Source: Octopus vulgaris
Lineage: Eukaryota
DNA length: 64,000 bases
Direction: 5' to 3'
Assembly: GCA_951406725.2 (NCBI GenBank)
Contig: OX597833.1
Span: 24,366,001 to 24,430,000, forward strand
Shown: positions 1 through 13,805 of the stretch, one piece after another
How positions within the stretch are numbered: the stretch's first letter is position 1
Layout: each line of letters begins with the position of its first letter
Notes under the pieces: model-generated
What the model was told of the DNA's origin: nothing
What the model saw: only the letters and a program-made list of their open reading frames with translations
The model's database searches: none
Made by a program: the position numbers and the translations under genes

Positions 1-831
1 ACTCACCCACCCTACACCCACCCACCACACACCCGTCCAACCTAAACGGGTTGACTAAAAAGAAAAACAAATGTGAAGCTGGACTCTTAATCTAGGAAAA
101 AATAAATATATAAATAAATAAAACAAACTAAAACAAAATAAAAAAACCACGTACACACCCCATTTGGTGTAGTTTTAAAAATTTGAAACGATGTTTACGT
201 GACTCTCTCTCTCTCTCTCTCTCTCTCCCCCCTCTAAGTTGTTTGTATAAACCAAATCGCAAAACGATATTTACCTTTTTTATACGGTTGCTTTATTATT
301 TTTTTTATTCCTTTTGGCACTAGCTTCTGACCTTTTTTTTTTACATGACTATATCATCAACCTTATCCTCTATCCCTGTACCCCTACCCTGCCTCCCTGT
401 CATCTTACCCTTGAACTAACTGACCTTCAGTTTGATGGAAATGTGTTTTTGCTTCTCACTTCAAGACAGACAAACAGACTGACAGACAGGTCACATCTGT
501 ACACTATTCAATCTTGATCGAGAAAAATAAATCCGTTTTATTTCTAATTTTTGTTTTTGTTTTGCTTTCGATGGGGATGGATGGGTGGGTCCTAAATTTC
601 CTAAACTGATGTGAGGTGGGCTAGGATGGTGGTGGGGGTCTACAATGCTATGTGGAGGGATATCCTGACACCAGAGTACCTGTCTGTCGGAGCGTCTGTC
701 CGATGTCTGTTTCCCCACTATGTGTGTCTCTCTTTCTGACAGAAGACAAACATTCCATCACTTTTGTGGTAAAGGTGTTTCTGTCGATGTGCTGGTATAA
801 GGCTACATGTTCGTCTGCATTTCATGTTTCT

Positions 832-832
<1 letters not shown>

Positions 833-911
<79 letters not shown>

Positions 912-928
912 GCACACACACACACACA
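833..928. repeat. (CA)n microsatellite
   Basis: Direct reading. Confidence 0.95.
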
Positions 929-1048
929 TTCTTTTATTCGCTTATTTGTTTCAGTCATTTGACTGCGGCCATGCTGGAGATGCTGAAGCATGGCTGCAGT
1001 GAAATTTGGTAGACGGAAACTGTAGAAGCTCGTGGTATATACATATAC

Positions 1049-1089
<41 letters not shown>

Positions 1090-1090
<1 letters not shown>

Positions 1091-1895
1091 CGATATATAA
1101 CGATTGGGACCTGTGTCTGAACGTGTCAAAGTGCTGTCATCTGCCTGTCGGCTCTACTCCTGCAACTCAACTTGATTTCGAGCCGGGTCGTCTGCTGCTG
1201 GAGAGGACCGATCAGGTAAAGGACCTAGGTATCTTGGTGGATTCCTCCTTTTCGCCTTCGGCCCAGTGCGTCCATGCTGCCAACAAAGCACGCGGAATTC
1301 TGTTCTTGATTCGACGGTCATTCGGAATGCTCACAGCAGCCATATTCCTACCACTCTATGTCACGCTGGTGAGACCCATATTGGAGTATGGGATTCAAGC
1401 CTCTTCTCCTTATCTCCTCAAAGACATACAGCATCTCGAAAGAGTCCAGAAGCTGGCTACCCGCATGGTTCATGGTCTCAAAAATTTGTCCTACGAAGAA
1501 AGGCTGAGGACGCTCGACCTTTATTCTCTTGAAAAACGCCGCCGCCGTAGTGATCTCATTCTCGCCCACAACATCATAAGCGGAAAGTGTAACCTCTCGA
1601 AAGAGCTGTTCTTCACTCCTGCTCCAGAGCGTCGGCTGCGAGGTCATTCCGAAAAGCTCTACCTGCGACGATTTCATCTCAATCGAAGGAGAGGAGCTTT
1701 CTCCGTCCGGGTTGCGGATCCGTGGAACAAGCTGCCAGAAGAGATGGTGAAGATGCCGACGACCGCTTTGTTCAAAGCCTCCCTGGACCTCAAGTGGCCT
1801 GAACTCTTTACATGAACACCACCCTGTACTTAACTCCATGTCCCCCTACATGGCCTTGCTATTTGCTTTTGAGCCAAATTAACTAACTAACTAAC

Positions 1896-1898
<3 letters not shown>
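1090..1898 (+). mobile_element. 5'-truncated CR1-clade LINE (RT C-terminus, 3'UTR, (TAAC)n tail) inserted in a (TA)n tract
   Basis: ORF 1006-1815 has KDLGILVD, LYVTLVRPILEY, LERVQKLATRMV, LSYEERL and FSVRVADPWNKLP motifs typical of CR1 RT. Tail aactaactaactaa at about 1878-1898, with (TA)n on both sides. Confidence 0.9.
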
Positions 1899-1952
<54 letters not shown>

Positions 1953-1964
1953 ATGTATGTATTT

Positions 1965-2218
1965 TATTTATGCGCCATTTTCAAGCCTAGCCAGGTCCAT
2001 GGGCCCGGTTTCCTGGTTTCTGTGGCGTATGTGTTCCCCAGCTGGACGGGACGCCAGTCCATCACAGCGTTACTCATTTTTGCCAGCTGAGTGGACTGGA
2101 GCAACGTGAAATGAAGTGTTTTGCTCAAGAACACAAAGCGTCGCCCGGTCCAGGAATCGAAACCACGATCTTAAGATCATGATGCTGACACCCTAGCTAC
2201 TAAGCCACGCACCTCCAC
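1965..2218 (-). mobile_element. tRNA-derived SINE with V-domain-like segment
   Basis: Minus strand head gtggaggtgcgtggcttagt...gtttcgattcc (A/B boxes). Internal gatggactggcgtcccgtccag resembles the V-SINE domain. Same tail as 55765-56052. Confidence 0.75.
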
Positions 2219-2265
2219 GCACGCACACACATACATATATATATACATGTGTGTGTTATTAATTT

Positions 2266-2603
<338 letters not shown>

Positions 2604-2604
2604 C

Positions 2605-2760
2605 AGACGGGCTTCTTTCAGTTTCCGTCTACTAAATCCATTCACAAGGCTTTCGTCGGCCCGAGTAGAAGACTCTTGCCTAATTTGCCACGCAGTGGGA
2701 CTGAACCCGGAACTATGTGTTTGGTAAGCAAGTTACTTACCACAAAGCCACTCCTGCGCC
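2605..2760 (-). mobile_element. SINE family A (tRNA head, CORE-like ccttgggcaagt), 5' half
   Basis: Matches the head of the full copy at 41350-41766. Further 5' halves at about 14289-14460, 19755-19900, 23625-23745, 44977-45105 and 60555-60712. Confidence 0.85.
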
Positions 2761-3913
2761 TATATATATATCCACGTATCTGTGTTTATATGTAGGTAAT
2801 TATGTATGTATAGGCACAGGCATAGCAGTGTGAATAAGAAGCTGGCCAATGTCTCTTGTACTATAGCCCGAGTGGACCAATACCATGTGTATTTAATCGA
2901 TCCCGAAAGGATGAAAGGCAAAGTCAACCTCAGCGGAATTTGAACTCAGAACATAACGGCAGACGAAATACGGCTACGCATTTCGTCCGGCGTGCTAACG
3001 TTTCTGCCAGCTCTCCGCCTTTCAGCCTTCTGTCAAGCCAACGTAGAGTTTCAGGCCGGTGTCGTAATTTGATCTGTGGATTTGATTTTTGTCTTATAAG
3101 TGATAGCCTTTATGCTACAAAATCCATTCAGCTGCTGTGTCACAGTGCTTTTTCATGAGCATCTACTTTCAGTAGGTGACTATTTATGCGTTATGAACCG
3201 TTCCATATCAGTTAACTTAACTGTGTATCAATTTGATAATTTACTGTGTTTACAGATGGTTAGGAAGTGCCTGTCTACCAATACAAACCACTTGACATTC
3301 AACGAGAAAGGAGAGGCAAACGAAATAATGCTTCAGTGTAATTTTCCTCTGATCGGTCCTGGGCTGGTTTCGTGAATTATTTTATTTTTGAACCTGAGAG
3401 CCTCAAAGCATGGTTTAGTAAGGAGCTTCTTACTGGTTGATAAATTAAAACTTCTTATACATACTACAAACGCACATACATACATATATATACCACACAT
3501 GCATATATATACACACAAGCATATTCACACGCGTATATGCATGTATCGGTGTAAAATACCTACATTCTGCGTTTCGGCTTTAAAATTTCTTCTATCCGTA
3601 GCTTTTGTGGCAAGTAGCGGTATTATTATTATTATTATTATTATCATCATTGTTTTCATCACCAGCAATATTATTATTATTACTATTATTAGTATCATCG
3701 TCGTCGTTATTGTTATTGTTGTTGTTGTTGTTGTTATTATCATTATTATTACGTTATATCGATGTCTCCAGTTGTAAGAGCCTCATCCTTGTTGATAATG
3801 TCAATGGAACGGATTTCCCGTAAAGTCGACTCAAATATATCAAATAAAGTTACTATATATGATATAAATAACCCCACACCAGTAGAGCCGCTCTGTTTTG
3901 CTGAGTAAAAAAA

Positions 3914-3978
<65 letters not shown>

Positions 3979-4213
3979 TAGGAAATAATAATAATGATAA
4001 TTGATTCAGATTTTGGCACAAAGGCAGCAATTTTGAGGGGATAGGAAAGTTAATTACGTCATCAACTTCTGGTACTTATTTTATCGACCCCGAAATGATG
4101 AAAGGCAAAGTCGACCTCGGTGGAATTTAAACTCAGAACATGAAGATTGACGAAATGCCGCTAAGCACTTTGTCCGGCGTGCTAACGATTCTACCAGCTG
4201 GGACAACAACAAA

Positions 4214-4760
4214 GTGGAGGCGCAATGGCCCAGTGTTTAGGGCAGTGGACTCGCGCTCGTAACAACGCGATTTCGATTTCCAGACCAGACATTGTGAGTG
4301 TTTATTGAGCAAAAACAATTAAGCTCCACGAATCTCCGGCGGGGCGGGTAGTGAACACCGCTGTACTCTTTCACCACAACTTTCTCTCACTCTTTCTTCC
4401 TACTTCTGTCACAAAGCAGAGGAACCATGTTGTAACCCACTATGGTGTGGTAAAACTTTCAGACCCTAGTCTAGATTGTGAATCCTCTGTACCCCATAAT
4501 GGTTCAGCTCTCCACCCGTTAAAATCCACCGTTTACGGAATGAGGATAGCAACGTAGCTTTCGCACCCGTGCAACCGCCAGTCTATCGCGTGTGGTGGGT
4601 GGATCTTCAAGTTGCCACACGCATTCTTAGTAGCTTAGAGTAGGCTCGAATTAGAGATTATTCTTTGTGGCTAATGGTGTGAGTCCTGATTTGAAGAAGA
4701 AGAAGAAGAAGAAGAAGAAGAAGAAGAAGAAGAAGAAGAAGAAGAAGAAGAAGAAGAAGA
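4214..4760 (+). mobile_element. SINE family C, tail type 1, ending in (GAA)n
   Basis: tRNA-like head gtggaggcgcaatggcccagtg, then ctttcaccacaactttctctcactctt, a ~300-bp tail and (gaa)n. Colinear reverse copy at 22633-23165. Confidence 0.85.
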
Positions 4761-5611
4761 TAAAGCAACAAAATTGGGGAACAAAATTGATGATTGTGAT
4801 GATGATGATGATGATTATGATGATGAATATTACTCGTACTTAAACACATACTCTATATTACCTATACCAAAGAAAATGTGACACCACAGTAATGCCTAAT
4901 ACACGAATAGTTTAGGATTGAATACAAAGATTCTAAACAAAAGCACCAGCCTGCAATATTTTCACCCTTTCTATCACCAAAATGTGATCTCCCTTAGAAA
5001 GAAATCTTCACTGCATGAAATATATGACTCTCACAACAGTTCTAAAGCTAGCTCGGCCTGAAAGCTAGATTCCTCGATATCTCCTTTAGGAGAGCAGTTA
5101 TTCTGAATAAAATTCTGAACAGAAGAGTCGGATTCCGAAAAAAGCAGTAAAGGTAACTTGCTTAGGAGAGTAGCAACTCTGAATATAAACTGATTCAGAG
5201 CAGAGAGCACACTATACTCCTATCAGGGGGTATTTATGGTGCAAGTGGAGGGATAAAATTAATACACACACTCCGTGCTGTAAAATAATTGACAATAGGA
5301 AGCGCATCCAACCATAAGAAAAATCAGGCGAAAAAGCGTGACAGGAAAATCAGTGAAAACTAATTATGGATACAGGGTTAGCGCTTACCATGGCAGTACT
5401 GCATACTACATGGGGTTGTGAAATGGTAACATGTGGACATAGATGAGAATTCTTCGACTATAAATCAAACGAATGTACCAACTTCTTATTAGCAGTACAA
5501 AACGAACATTAACAAATCAAAATATCATTAGAAACTTTGCTGTTTCTCTCTCAATTGCATACGTTCAAGGCTGCCCTACAAATATAGATATGACGAAAAA
5601 TAGGTCTACAG

Positions 5612-6660
5612 CATTGGTTCTCAACCATTTTTTTATCGATGGACCCCTTTGATTATTGTTTTATTCTGACAGATCCCCGTAGCCATTCGATGTTTTAAAA
5701 CTAGTTTTATAGAAACTTCTTTCAAAATTCCTATTTTGTTTTCATGCTTTAACTTGTGTAGGTTGAACTATGTGAAACATTAGAGAAAGAAGCTGAGTTG
5801 TTTTTGTAATAAATGCATCTAAAGCAAATTTTTTTCATAGACCCTAAATATACTACAGTACAGTGGCGACTCGGGTATAGACACTGAAGCACCCCCTATT
5901 TTCCACTGATATTATCAGTAACATTCAATATAATGAGTCCTCTTTTTTTAATTCTTTCTTTATGCTTATGCATTATATAATCCACAATCTTAAGGTCAGT
6001 AGCCATCTGCTAGTTTATAGAAAAAATACAAAAATACTTGTATAGAACTGTGTGTGTGCTTCGCAGTTCCAGCGACGCGGTGTTTGGCTGTTGTGCATAT
6101 GCTCACATGTCCGAGATAGGAAGCTGCACAGTAGGGAGAGAGAGCACTGTTGTTCACGCAGTGCCGACCCTGGGGTGCTGGTGAAAATGTAGTGTTTCTT
6201 TTTGACTCCGCGTGTGTTGTGCTTAAAAACGTGTTTATATTTTTGAATGAGATAAAATGTAGAATTAAATTATTATCCTGCTTCCAGCAACAGTATTGCT
6301 GCCAGGATTTGAAAAATAGGGCAGATTTTCCTCCCTTATTTTGGGATTTAGCGGGGATGTTTGCAAAACAAGAGGCAATTCGCGGCAGTGTTCAGTGAAC
6401 AAATTAAACACACTACCCAGTCATGGCTAAAACGCGAACCGATAAAGTTTATGCACAAATATTCTTTTTATATGTTTGTTTCCTTTTACACAATATTAAA
6501 ACAACGGCTAAAACTTTCCTGAAGCAGCACCCCAACTAATTTTATCTACGAGCCACCACTGTTACTGTAAATTCTCAATGTACGATTTTGCTTGTGCAGA
6601 CCCGCCCAAAACCTTATATGGATCCCCACGGATCATATGGACACCAGTTGAGGATCACTG
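5612..6660. mobile_element. hAT (Charlie-type) MITE interrupted by a second hAT element
   Basis: TIRs cattggttctcaacc / gttgaggatcactg. Flanks gtctacag / gtctagac (NTCTAGAN-like TSD). Uninterrupted relative at 29260-29582. Confidence 0.8.
5861..6561. mobile_element. Nested non-autonomous hAT-like element
   Basis: TIRs cagtggcgactcg / cgagccaccactg. 8-bp TSD ctacagta / ttactgta. Repeated subterminal ctgaagc(agc)acccc. Confidence 0.75.
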
Positions 6661-7878
6661 GTCTAGACAGATTGTAGATGCCAATTTTGAGGTATATAGA
6701 TGAGTGCGTTTTACTAGAAATAAGGTTGGCTGGCTTAATGTCAAGAAACACATGTACAATTTCTTTTTTGGAACAATTTGTACTGGCATTGAAACTGGAG
6801 GAATATGCATAAAAATAAAAAAAAACGCCCTTTCTTTACCAATCTGAAACGAGTTAATCTTTCTATTAATGCGCATCACCATAGCACTACAGTAAGTAAG
6901 GAAGTCTTCGAGCGGGGATTCTCAAAACATACTAAGATTACTCCTAGGAACGGGCAAAATAAATTTGTGAAATATAGTTTTGAAGTAATCACAGCCAACT
7001 ACTTTTTAATGGTGCACTTTTAGATTTATTAAAAAATATTTATAAAAAATTCGTCGAATGTACTTGAAAAATCTTGAGTTGCCAATATAATTTATAGCAG
7101 AATGTATATTATTGCATCGTATCGATAAAACAGTATCCCATTTTGTCTGCTTCAGGTAACCGACTACTTCACAATATATATTCTTCAGAAAAGGTGTCCT
7201 AACACTCCTGGATGTATGGAACGGGTACGCTTGAAGGAAATGCACTGGACTGGGGAAAATGGTTCGCACACCATAATCTACCCACCTATCGTACTCATTA
7301 TGACTACCAGTTGTTTATGAGCATAGGAAACTATTTAGACTAGAGAAGTGGGGTGGAGAGGCTAACAAGAGTCAATCTCTTATTTCAGATCAAAACCAGG
7401 GTAATTTTATAAACGTGGGGGCATCGAAATAATACATACATGCATACAAGCATATATACATACGTTTATACATACTTATATCAATATGTATACAGACAGA
7501 AATGCATACACAAAGTAATATACACGGACATACGTTACATGCGTGCATAAAGTGAACAAAACAAACAAACAACAGCAACAACAACCAGCTGATTTCTGCA
7601 CTAAATGAACCTTGGATTTACTCTATAATACATATATCGTTAGTATAAGGGTGGGAAGGCTGTGTATCATGTGATATTTTCACAGCTGGTTGTTGACGTG
7701 TGGAAAGACAGACAGACACAATTACACGTTAAAACAAAATCACCAATACATTTCTCTCTTTCCTACACATCCCCACACCTATATACATAACAAACTCACA
7801 CACATATACACAAGCACAAACACACACACACATATGTATACATACATGCAGAAATGTATGCATATGAATATATATATC

Positions 7879-7909
<31 letters not shown>

Positions 7910-7934
7910 GTGTATATATATATATATACATATA

Positions 7935-7977
<43 letters not shown>

Positions 7978-8016
7978 ATATATATATATACATATACACA
8001 CATAATATATATATGC

Positions 8017-8113
<97 letters not shown>

Positions 8114-8224
8114 TGCGTGTGTGTAAATATACTCAAGAATAGTACAAAAAGAAGAGTAAAAACTCAGTATGGCCAGTATGTTTGTTTACTATTAGGTCAA
8201 ATACTACAAACGCAAAACGTAGAG

Positions 8225-8308
8225 CAGTCACGAGCCACCTGCGGGGTCCGCCAGATCATGATCCATGTCTCATGCGGCCCACTACTCGTAAAAAGTTGCC
8301 CATTCCAG
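8225..8308. mobile_element. Small hAT-like MITE remnant
   Basis: Ends cagtcacgagccac / gttgcccattccag, internal gcggccc motif, flanks acgtagag / gcctagag. Confidence 0.5.
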
Positions 8309-8460
8309 GCCTAGAGTTTCGTGCATGGTATTTACCAAACAGTTTGTGCACGAAACATTTGGACTTTAAGGGTGTAGCTTGAGAGTTAATAACGGAATAT
8401 TATATACATACATACGTACATACATACATACATACATACATACATACATACATACATACA

Positions 8461-8632
<172 letters not shown>

Positions 8633-8655
8633 TATATTTATGTGTGTGCGTGTGT

Positions 8656-8701
<46 letters not shown>

Positions 8702-8746
8702 TACCTATATTTATATGTATATTATACTTATGCATACATAAATATT

Positions 8747-8783
<37 letters not shown>

Positions 8784-9429
8784 ATACACATATCACGCAC
8801 ACACACACGCACACACACACACATATATGTATATATGTACGTGTGTATATACGTACATATATATATGTATGTATATATGCATATATATTCATATACATAT
8901 GTACATTTATATATGCGTATATATGTATATGTATATATCATAGTATAGTTCAAGTGGATTGACACGTGTAAAATATATCAAGATATTACACATGCATTTA
9001 AATAAACAGATAGGTGTACTTTATATTCTTAATATATTTTCTCACTGCATAGATCCATTTTTTCTAGTAGATGTGTACATATCATTTCATTTTTTACTTT
9101 AAAAATAAATATGTTATTTTAATATATTTGAATGTATATGCCCCAATATGTTTTTCTACAGTCTGTACTTTAATTTAAGTTATGTGGCAGTTAACCACAT
9201 TCATTTTGTGCTGAAGGATTTGACTTGAAAACGCATTCCTGATGCATCCTCGACAAATAACTACCTATAAGTATACATACATATACACATGTATATATAG
9301 AAACATATACACATGCATATGTACGAACACACATATGCACACAGTGTGTGTGAGGGTTTTTCGAGAGTAAATTATTTGTATTGTACTTTATTAAATAAAA
9401 GTATAAACGATTTTTATTTCTTTCAGATT

Positions 9430-9759
9430 TCCCGTGACGGCAGATAAAATCCTAATACAAGAAATTTTCTAAATGTTGCAGGATCTTTCGAGCACCAAGT
9501 TCGGATGGAATTGGAAGCATCTGGTGAGAATGTTTCAAAGGAAGGAAAAGAAAAAAACAAAACAGTAACAGGAAGAATGAGTGAGAAAAAGTTGTGATGA
9601 AAGAGTACGGCAGGGTTCGCCACCCATTCCTGTCGGAGGATCGTGGAGCTTTCGGTATTTTTGCTCAATAAACACTCACAACGCCCGGTCTGGGAATAGA
9701 AACCACAATCCCACGACCGCGAGTCCCTTGCCCTAACCACTGGGCCTTTGCGCCTCCAC
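9430..9759 (-). mobile_element. SINE family C head with a distinct 3' continuation
   Basis: Head and ctttcatcacaactttttctcactc domain match 4214 and 38085, but the downstream sequence differs from both. Confidence 0.7.
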
Positions 9760-9772
9760 ATATTTAATGTAC

Positions 9773-9934
9773 ACAGGTGTGACTGTGTGGTAAGTAGCTT
9801 GCTTACCAACCACATGGTTCCGGGTTCAGTCGTCACTGCGTGGAACCTGGGGATTTGTCTTCTACTATACCTTCGGGCCGATTAACGTCTTCTGAGTAGA
9901 TTCGGTAGACGGAAACTGAAAGAAAACCGTCGTG

Positions 9935-9967
<33 letters not shown>

Positions 9968-10165
9968 GTGTATATATGTTTGTGTGTCTGTGCTTGTCAC
10001 CCCAAAATCGCTTGACAACATCCCCGTGACTTAGCGGTTCGGCAAAAGATTCCAATAGAATAAGTACTAAGCTTACAAAGGATAAGTCCTGAGGTCGATT
10101 TGCTCAACTAAAGGCGGTGCTCTTGCATGGCCGCAGTCAAATGAGTGAAGCAAGTAAAAGATTAC
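9773..10165 (+). mobile_element. SINE family A, full length with internal microsatellite
   Basis: Head gtggtaagtagcttgcttaccaaccacatggttccgggttcagt, then (TA/GT)n, then tail gcatggccgcagtcaaatga. Confidence 0.85.
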
Positions 10166-10208
10166 AAAAGAATATATTTAGCACTTACACATACATATTG
10201 CATCCGTA

Positions 10209-10265
<57 letters not shown>

Positions 10266-10689
10266 TCATATTTATCTATTTAATTATTAATCTAGCTATC
10301 AATCTATCTATACACACATATATGTATGTACTCGTATGTATGTATGCATGCATGCATGCATCTATGTATGTATGTATGTATGTATGTATGTATGTATGTA
10401 TGTATGTATGTATGTATGTATGTGTATGGGTATGTGTGCGTGCTTGCGCGCGCGTGTGTGTAAGACAACATTCAAACGGCAGAATGAACAGGAGGAGGAG
10501 TGAAGTTCCTCCTCCCAATCCATTTCAGTTGTAACTTAAACACAACAGACACGAATACATTAGAATACATGAATAGAGAGTGTGTAATACTTTACGTATC
10601 TAAATCGAACGATGAATTTTAAAGTGCTTCTTAATAACACTCACACACATCATACAAAACGAAACAGGACTGGTATAGAATATTAATTG

Positions 10690-11478
10690 AGGCGGTAAAG
10701 TCGTGAGCTGGGAGAATCGTAAGCACAGCAGACAAAATGTTTAGCGGCTTTGCGTTCTGAGTACAAATGCTGCCGAAGTCTACTTTCGACTTAGCATTTT
10801 TATCCTTTCGGAGTTGATAAAATAAGTACCAGTTGTGGACGATTTAATCGACTTCCCGATCCTCTCAAAATTTCAGGCTTTGCATCTATAAGAGAAAGAA
10901 TATTAATTGAGGCAACAAACTGGAAGAATCGTTAGAGTGTTGCATAGCATATTACTCAGTAATCCCGAAAAGGCAAAGTCGACCTCAGCGGAATTTGAAC
11001 CCAGAACATGAAGACAGACGAAATACTTATTTCTTTATTACCCATAACGGGCTAAACATAGAAGGGACAAACAAGGACAGACAGACAGGTATTAAGTCGA
11101 TTACATCGACCCCAGTGCATAACTGGTACTTAATTTATCGACCCCGAAAGGATGAAAGGCAAAGTCGACCTCGGCGGAATTTGAACTCACAACGTAACGA
11201 CAGACGAAATACTGCTACGTATTTCGCCTGGCAAGCGAATGATATTGCTAGCTTGCCGCCTTGATAACTACAACAACAACAACAATAATGGTTTCAAATT
11301 TTGGCACAGCTTTGGGGCGGAGCTAAGTCGATTAAATTGACCCTAGTGCTTATCGACCCTGAGAGGGTGAAAGGCAAGTCGACCTCGGCGGAATTTGAAC
11401 TCAGAACGTGAAGACGGACGACGACATATCGCTAAGCATTTTTCCCGGCGTGCTAACGATTCGGTCAACTCGCAGCGT

Positions 11479-11534
<56 letters not shown>

Positions 11535-11765
11535 ATAATAATAATAATAATCCTTTCTACTATAGGCACAATGCCTGAAATTTGGGGCAGGGGACCAGTC
11601 GAGTACATCGATCCCAGAGCGTAACTGGTACTTAATTTATCGACCCCGACAGAATGAAAGGCAAAGTCGACCCCGGCTGCATTTGAACTCCGAACACGAA
11701 GACAGACGAAAAATTCAGGAAGCATTTCGCTCGATGTACTAAGTATTCTGCTAGCTCACCGCCTA
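10690..11765. mobile_element. Cluster of SINE family B copies (core gtcgactttgcctttcatcctttcggggtcgataaattaagtaccag)
   Basis: About five copies in both orientations. The core resembles Meta/Sauria-type SINE central domains from memory. Other copies at about 2890-3022, 3995-4200, 12785-12980, 20170-20490, 35580-35780, 36350-36562, 45100-45810, 61535-61665 and 62605-62828. Confidence 0.85.
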
Positions 11766-11789
11766 AGATAAAAATAATAATAACCAAGG

Positions 11790-12760
11790 ATCACCTGGTT
11801 ATCGACAAGACAGTTTTGTGACATTATAAAAAAACACGTCTAATGTTTGAGTTGATTATAGGAAGGCAAATGATATGGTACTTCATTCTTGGATTGTTGA
11901 AGCCTTCAAATTTTCTTGTGAATAAAGAAAAGATCTTCTGGAAATAAGAATGCATGGTCAGTTGAAAGAGACACACAAGACGCAAGTATGAAACAATAAC
12001 GACATGCAAAGCGATTTGAAGCGTGTCACTGAAGGCCTTATAATTGCAACACAAGACCAATTTCTTGCTACCAATTATGTGAAGTATAACATCTACAAAA
12101 GTTCTGACGTCCAGCAATACAGACTGTGAGAAGAATGTGGAAAATACACACCACTTGGTAAGTGGATATGAGAACCTTACACAAAAGGAATACAAATGCT
12201 GCCATCATAAAGGTCTGTTCGTATCTTCATTGACTCTTATATCGTAAATACTAACACAGTGTAACAAAGAATTGGTATTAGTATACGCAGAGTAAAGTAA
12301 TGGGAAAGCAATAGCAAATAACTGGTATGAGCATACGCCTAGTAAAGAGGATGGGAAAGCAATGATATTCTGGGATTATGATTTTCAGACGAATTGCCGA
12401 GTTGATACGTTCGTATTGAACAAGAAAGACAAATACTGTCATATCATTGAGGTAGTCATAACGTGTGATATGAAAATTGCAAGAAAAGAGGTTGAAAAAG
12501 TCACCAAGTTCTTCGAACTGAAAGTGTAGATGGCAAGACGATTTGGACTGCGAGAGAGTAATATAAAAGTGGTACCAGTTGTGATCAGGGCATTAGGGTC
12601 AATCCCATTGTGACTTCAAGACTTCATAAAGCAGCTGGAAATACCATGCAAGATTGGTATCATGCAAAACTCAACCTTGTTCTGATACTGCCCACATTTT
12701 AAGGAAAATATTATCTGCTTGAGATCCTTGTTGTAACTTCACTGGTGAGTGAATACCGCG
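11790..12760 (+). mobile_element. Degenerate R4/Dong-type (RLE) non-LTR retrotransposon 3' fragment
   Basis: Frameshifted motifs MHGQ, QDQFLATNY, HLVSG..LTQKEY, IFWDYDFQT, KEVEKVTKF and VVPVVIRALGSI, parallel to the younger copy at 61720-62480. Confidence 0.75.
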
Positions 12761-13005
12761 GAGCATTTTCCTTCTACCAAGTAATAATGATTCCAAATTT
12801 TGACACAAGGCCAGTAAATTTTAGGGGAGGGGTAAGTAGATTATATCTACTCCAGTGTTCAACTGGTACTTATTTTATCACCCACGAAAGGATGACAGCA
12901 AAAGCGGAATTTGAACTCAGAACGTAAAGACGGACGAAAATGCCTGTCCGGCGTGCTCACGATTCTGCTAGCTTGCCATTTTGTCTATAAAGTAATAATA
13001 TATAA

Positions 13006-13049
<44 letters not shown>

Positions 13050-13067
13050 ATATATAAGATATATATA

Positions 13068-13112
<45 letters not shown>

Positions 13113-13117
13113 CATAT

Positions 13118-13168
<51 letters not shown>

Positions 13169-13619
13169 CATATATACATATATACATATATATAAATATG
13201 TATGTATATGTTGTGGCAACGCTGTGTTTGGGTGAGCATAAATGTATGTGCGAGTGTACGTGTGTGTGCGCGCGCTTGACTGTACATGTACACATACACA
13301 CACATATACATATAAATTCCAACACACCTGCACGTGTATCTATCAATGTAATTAGTATTCCACCGTTTTATTCACACAAATGATACGAAAAGTCGTTCAT
13401 TTGAATAAAACATTACAGGAAAGGAAAAGAATATCTTGGCAATGTGTGTGTAAATGTGCATGTATATACGTGTATATGTATATATATATATACATACATG
13501 TATATATATACATATGTATACATCTATATAAATATATATATATAAATATATACACATGCATATATATGTATATATACATACATATATATATACATATATG
13601 CATATATATGAATATATAC

Positions 13620-13690
<71 letters not shown>

Positions 13691-13773
13691 TATGCATGCA
13701 GTCGCATCGGCGAAATGAGGTCTCTTTAAAATGTGTTCTATGTGGGAAATAAAAATGATTCTCATGATACACA

Positions 13774-13805
<32 letters not shown>

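Noticed and set aside
1-830. Possible LINE 3' UTR-like ends with AATAAA in opposing orientations
   Set aside because: No recognisable protein motif or second copy in the window to support a classification.
3333-3390. HETSPGP on the minus strand as a possible next APCDD1 exon (CEVRPGPEF)
   Set aside because: No acceptor site, no Cys, and a stop follows within a few codons.
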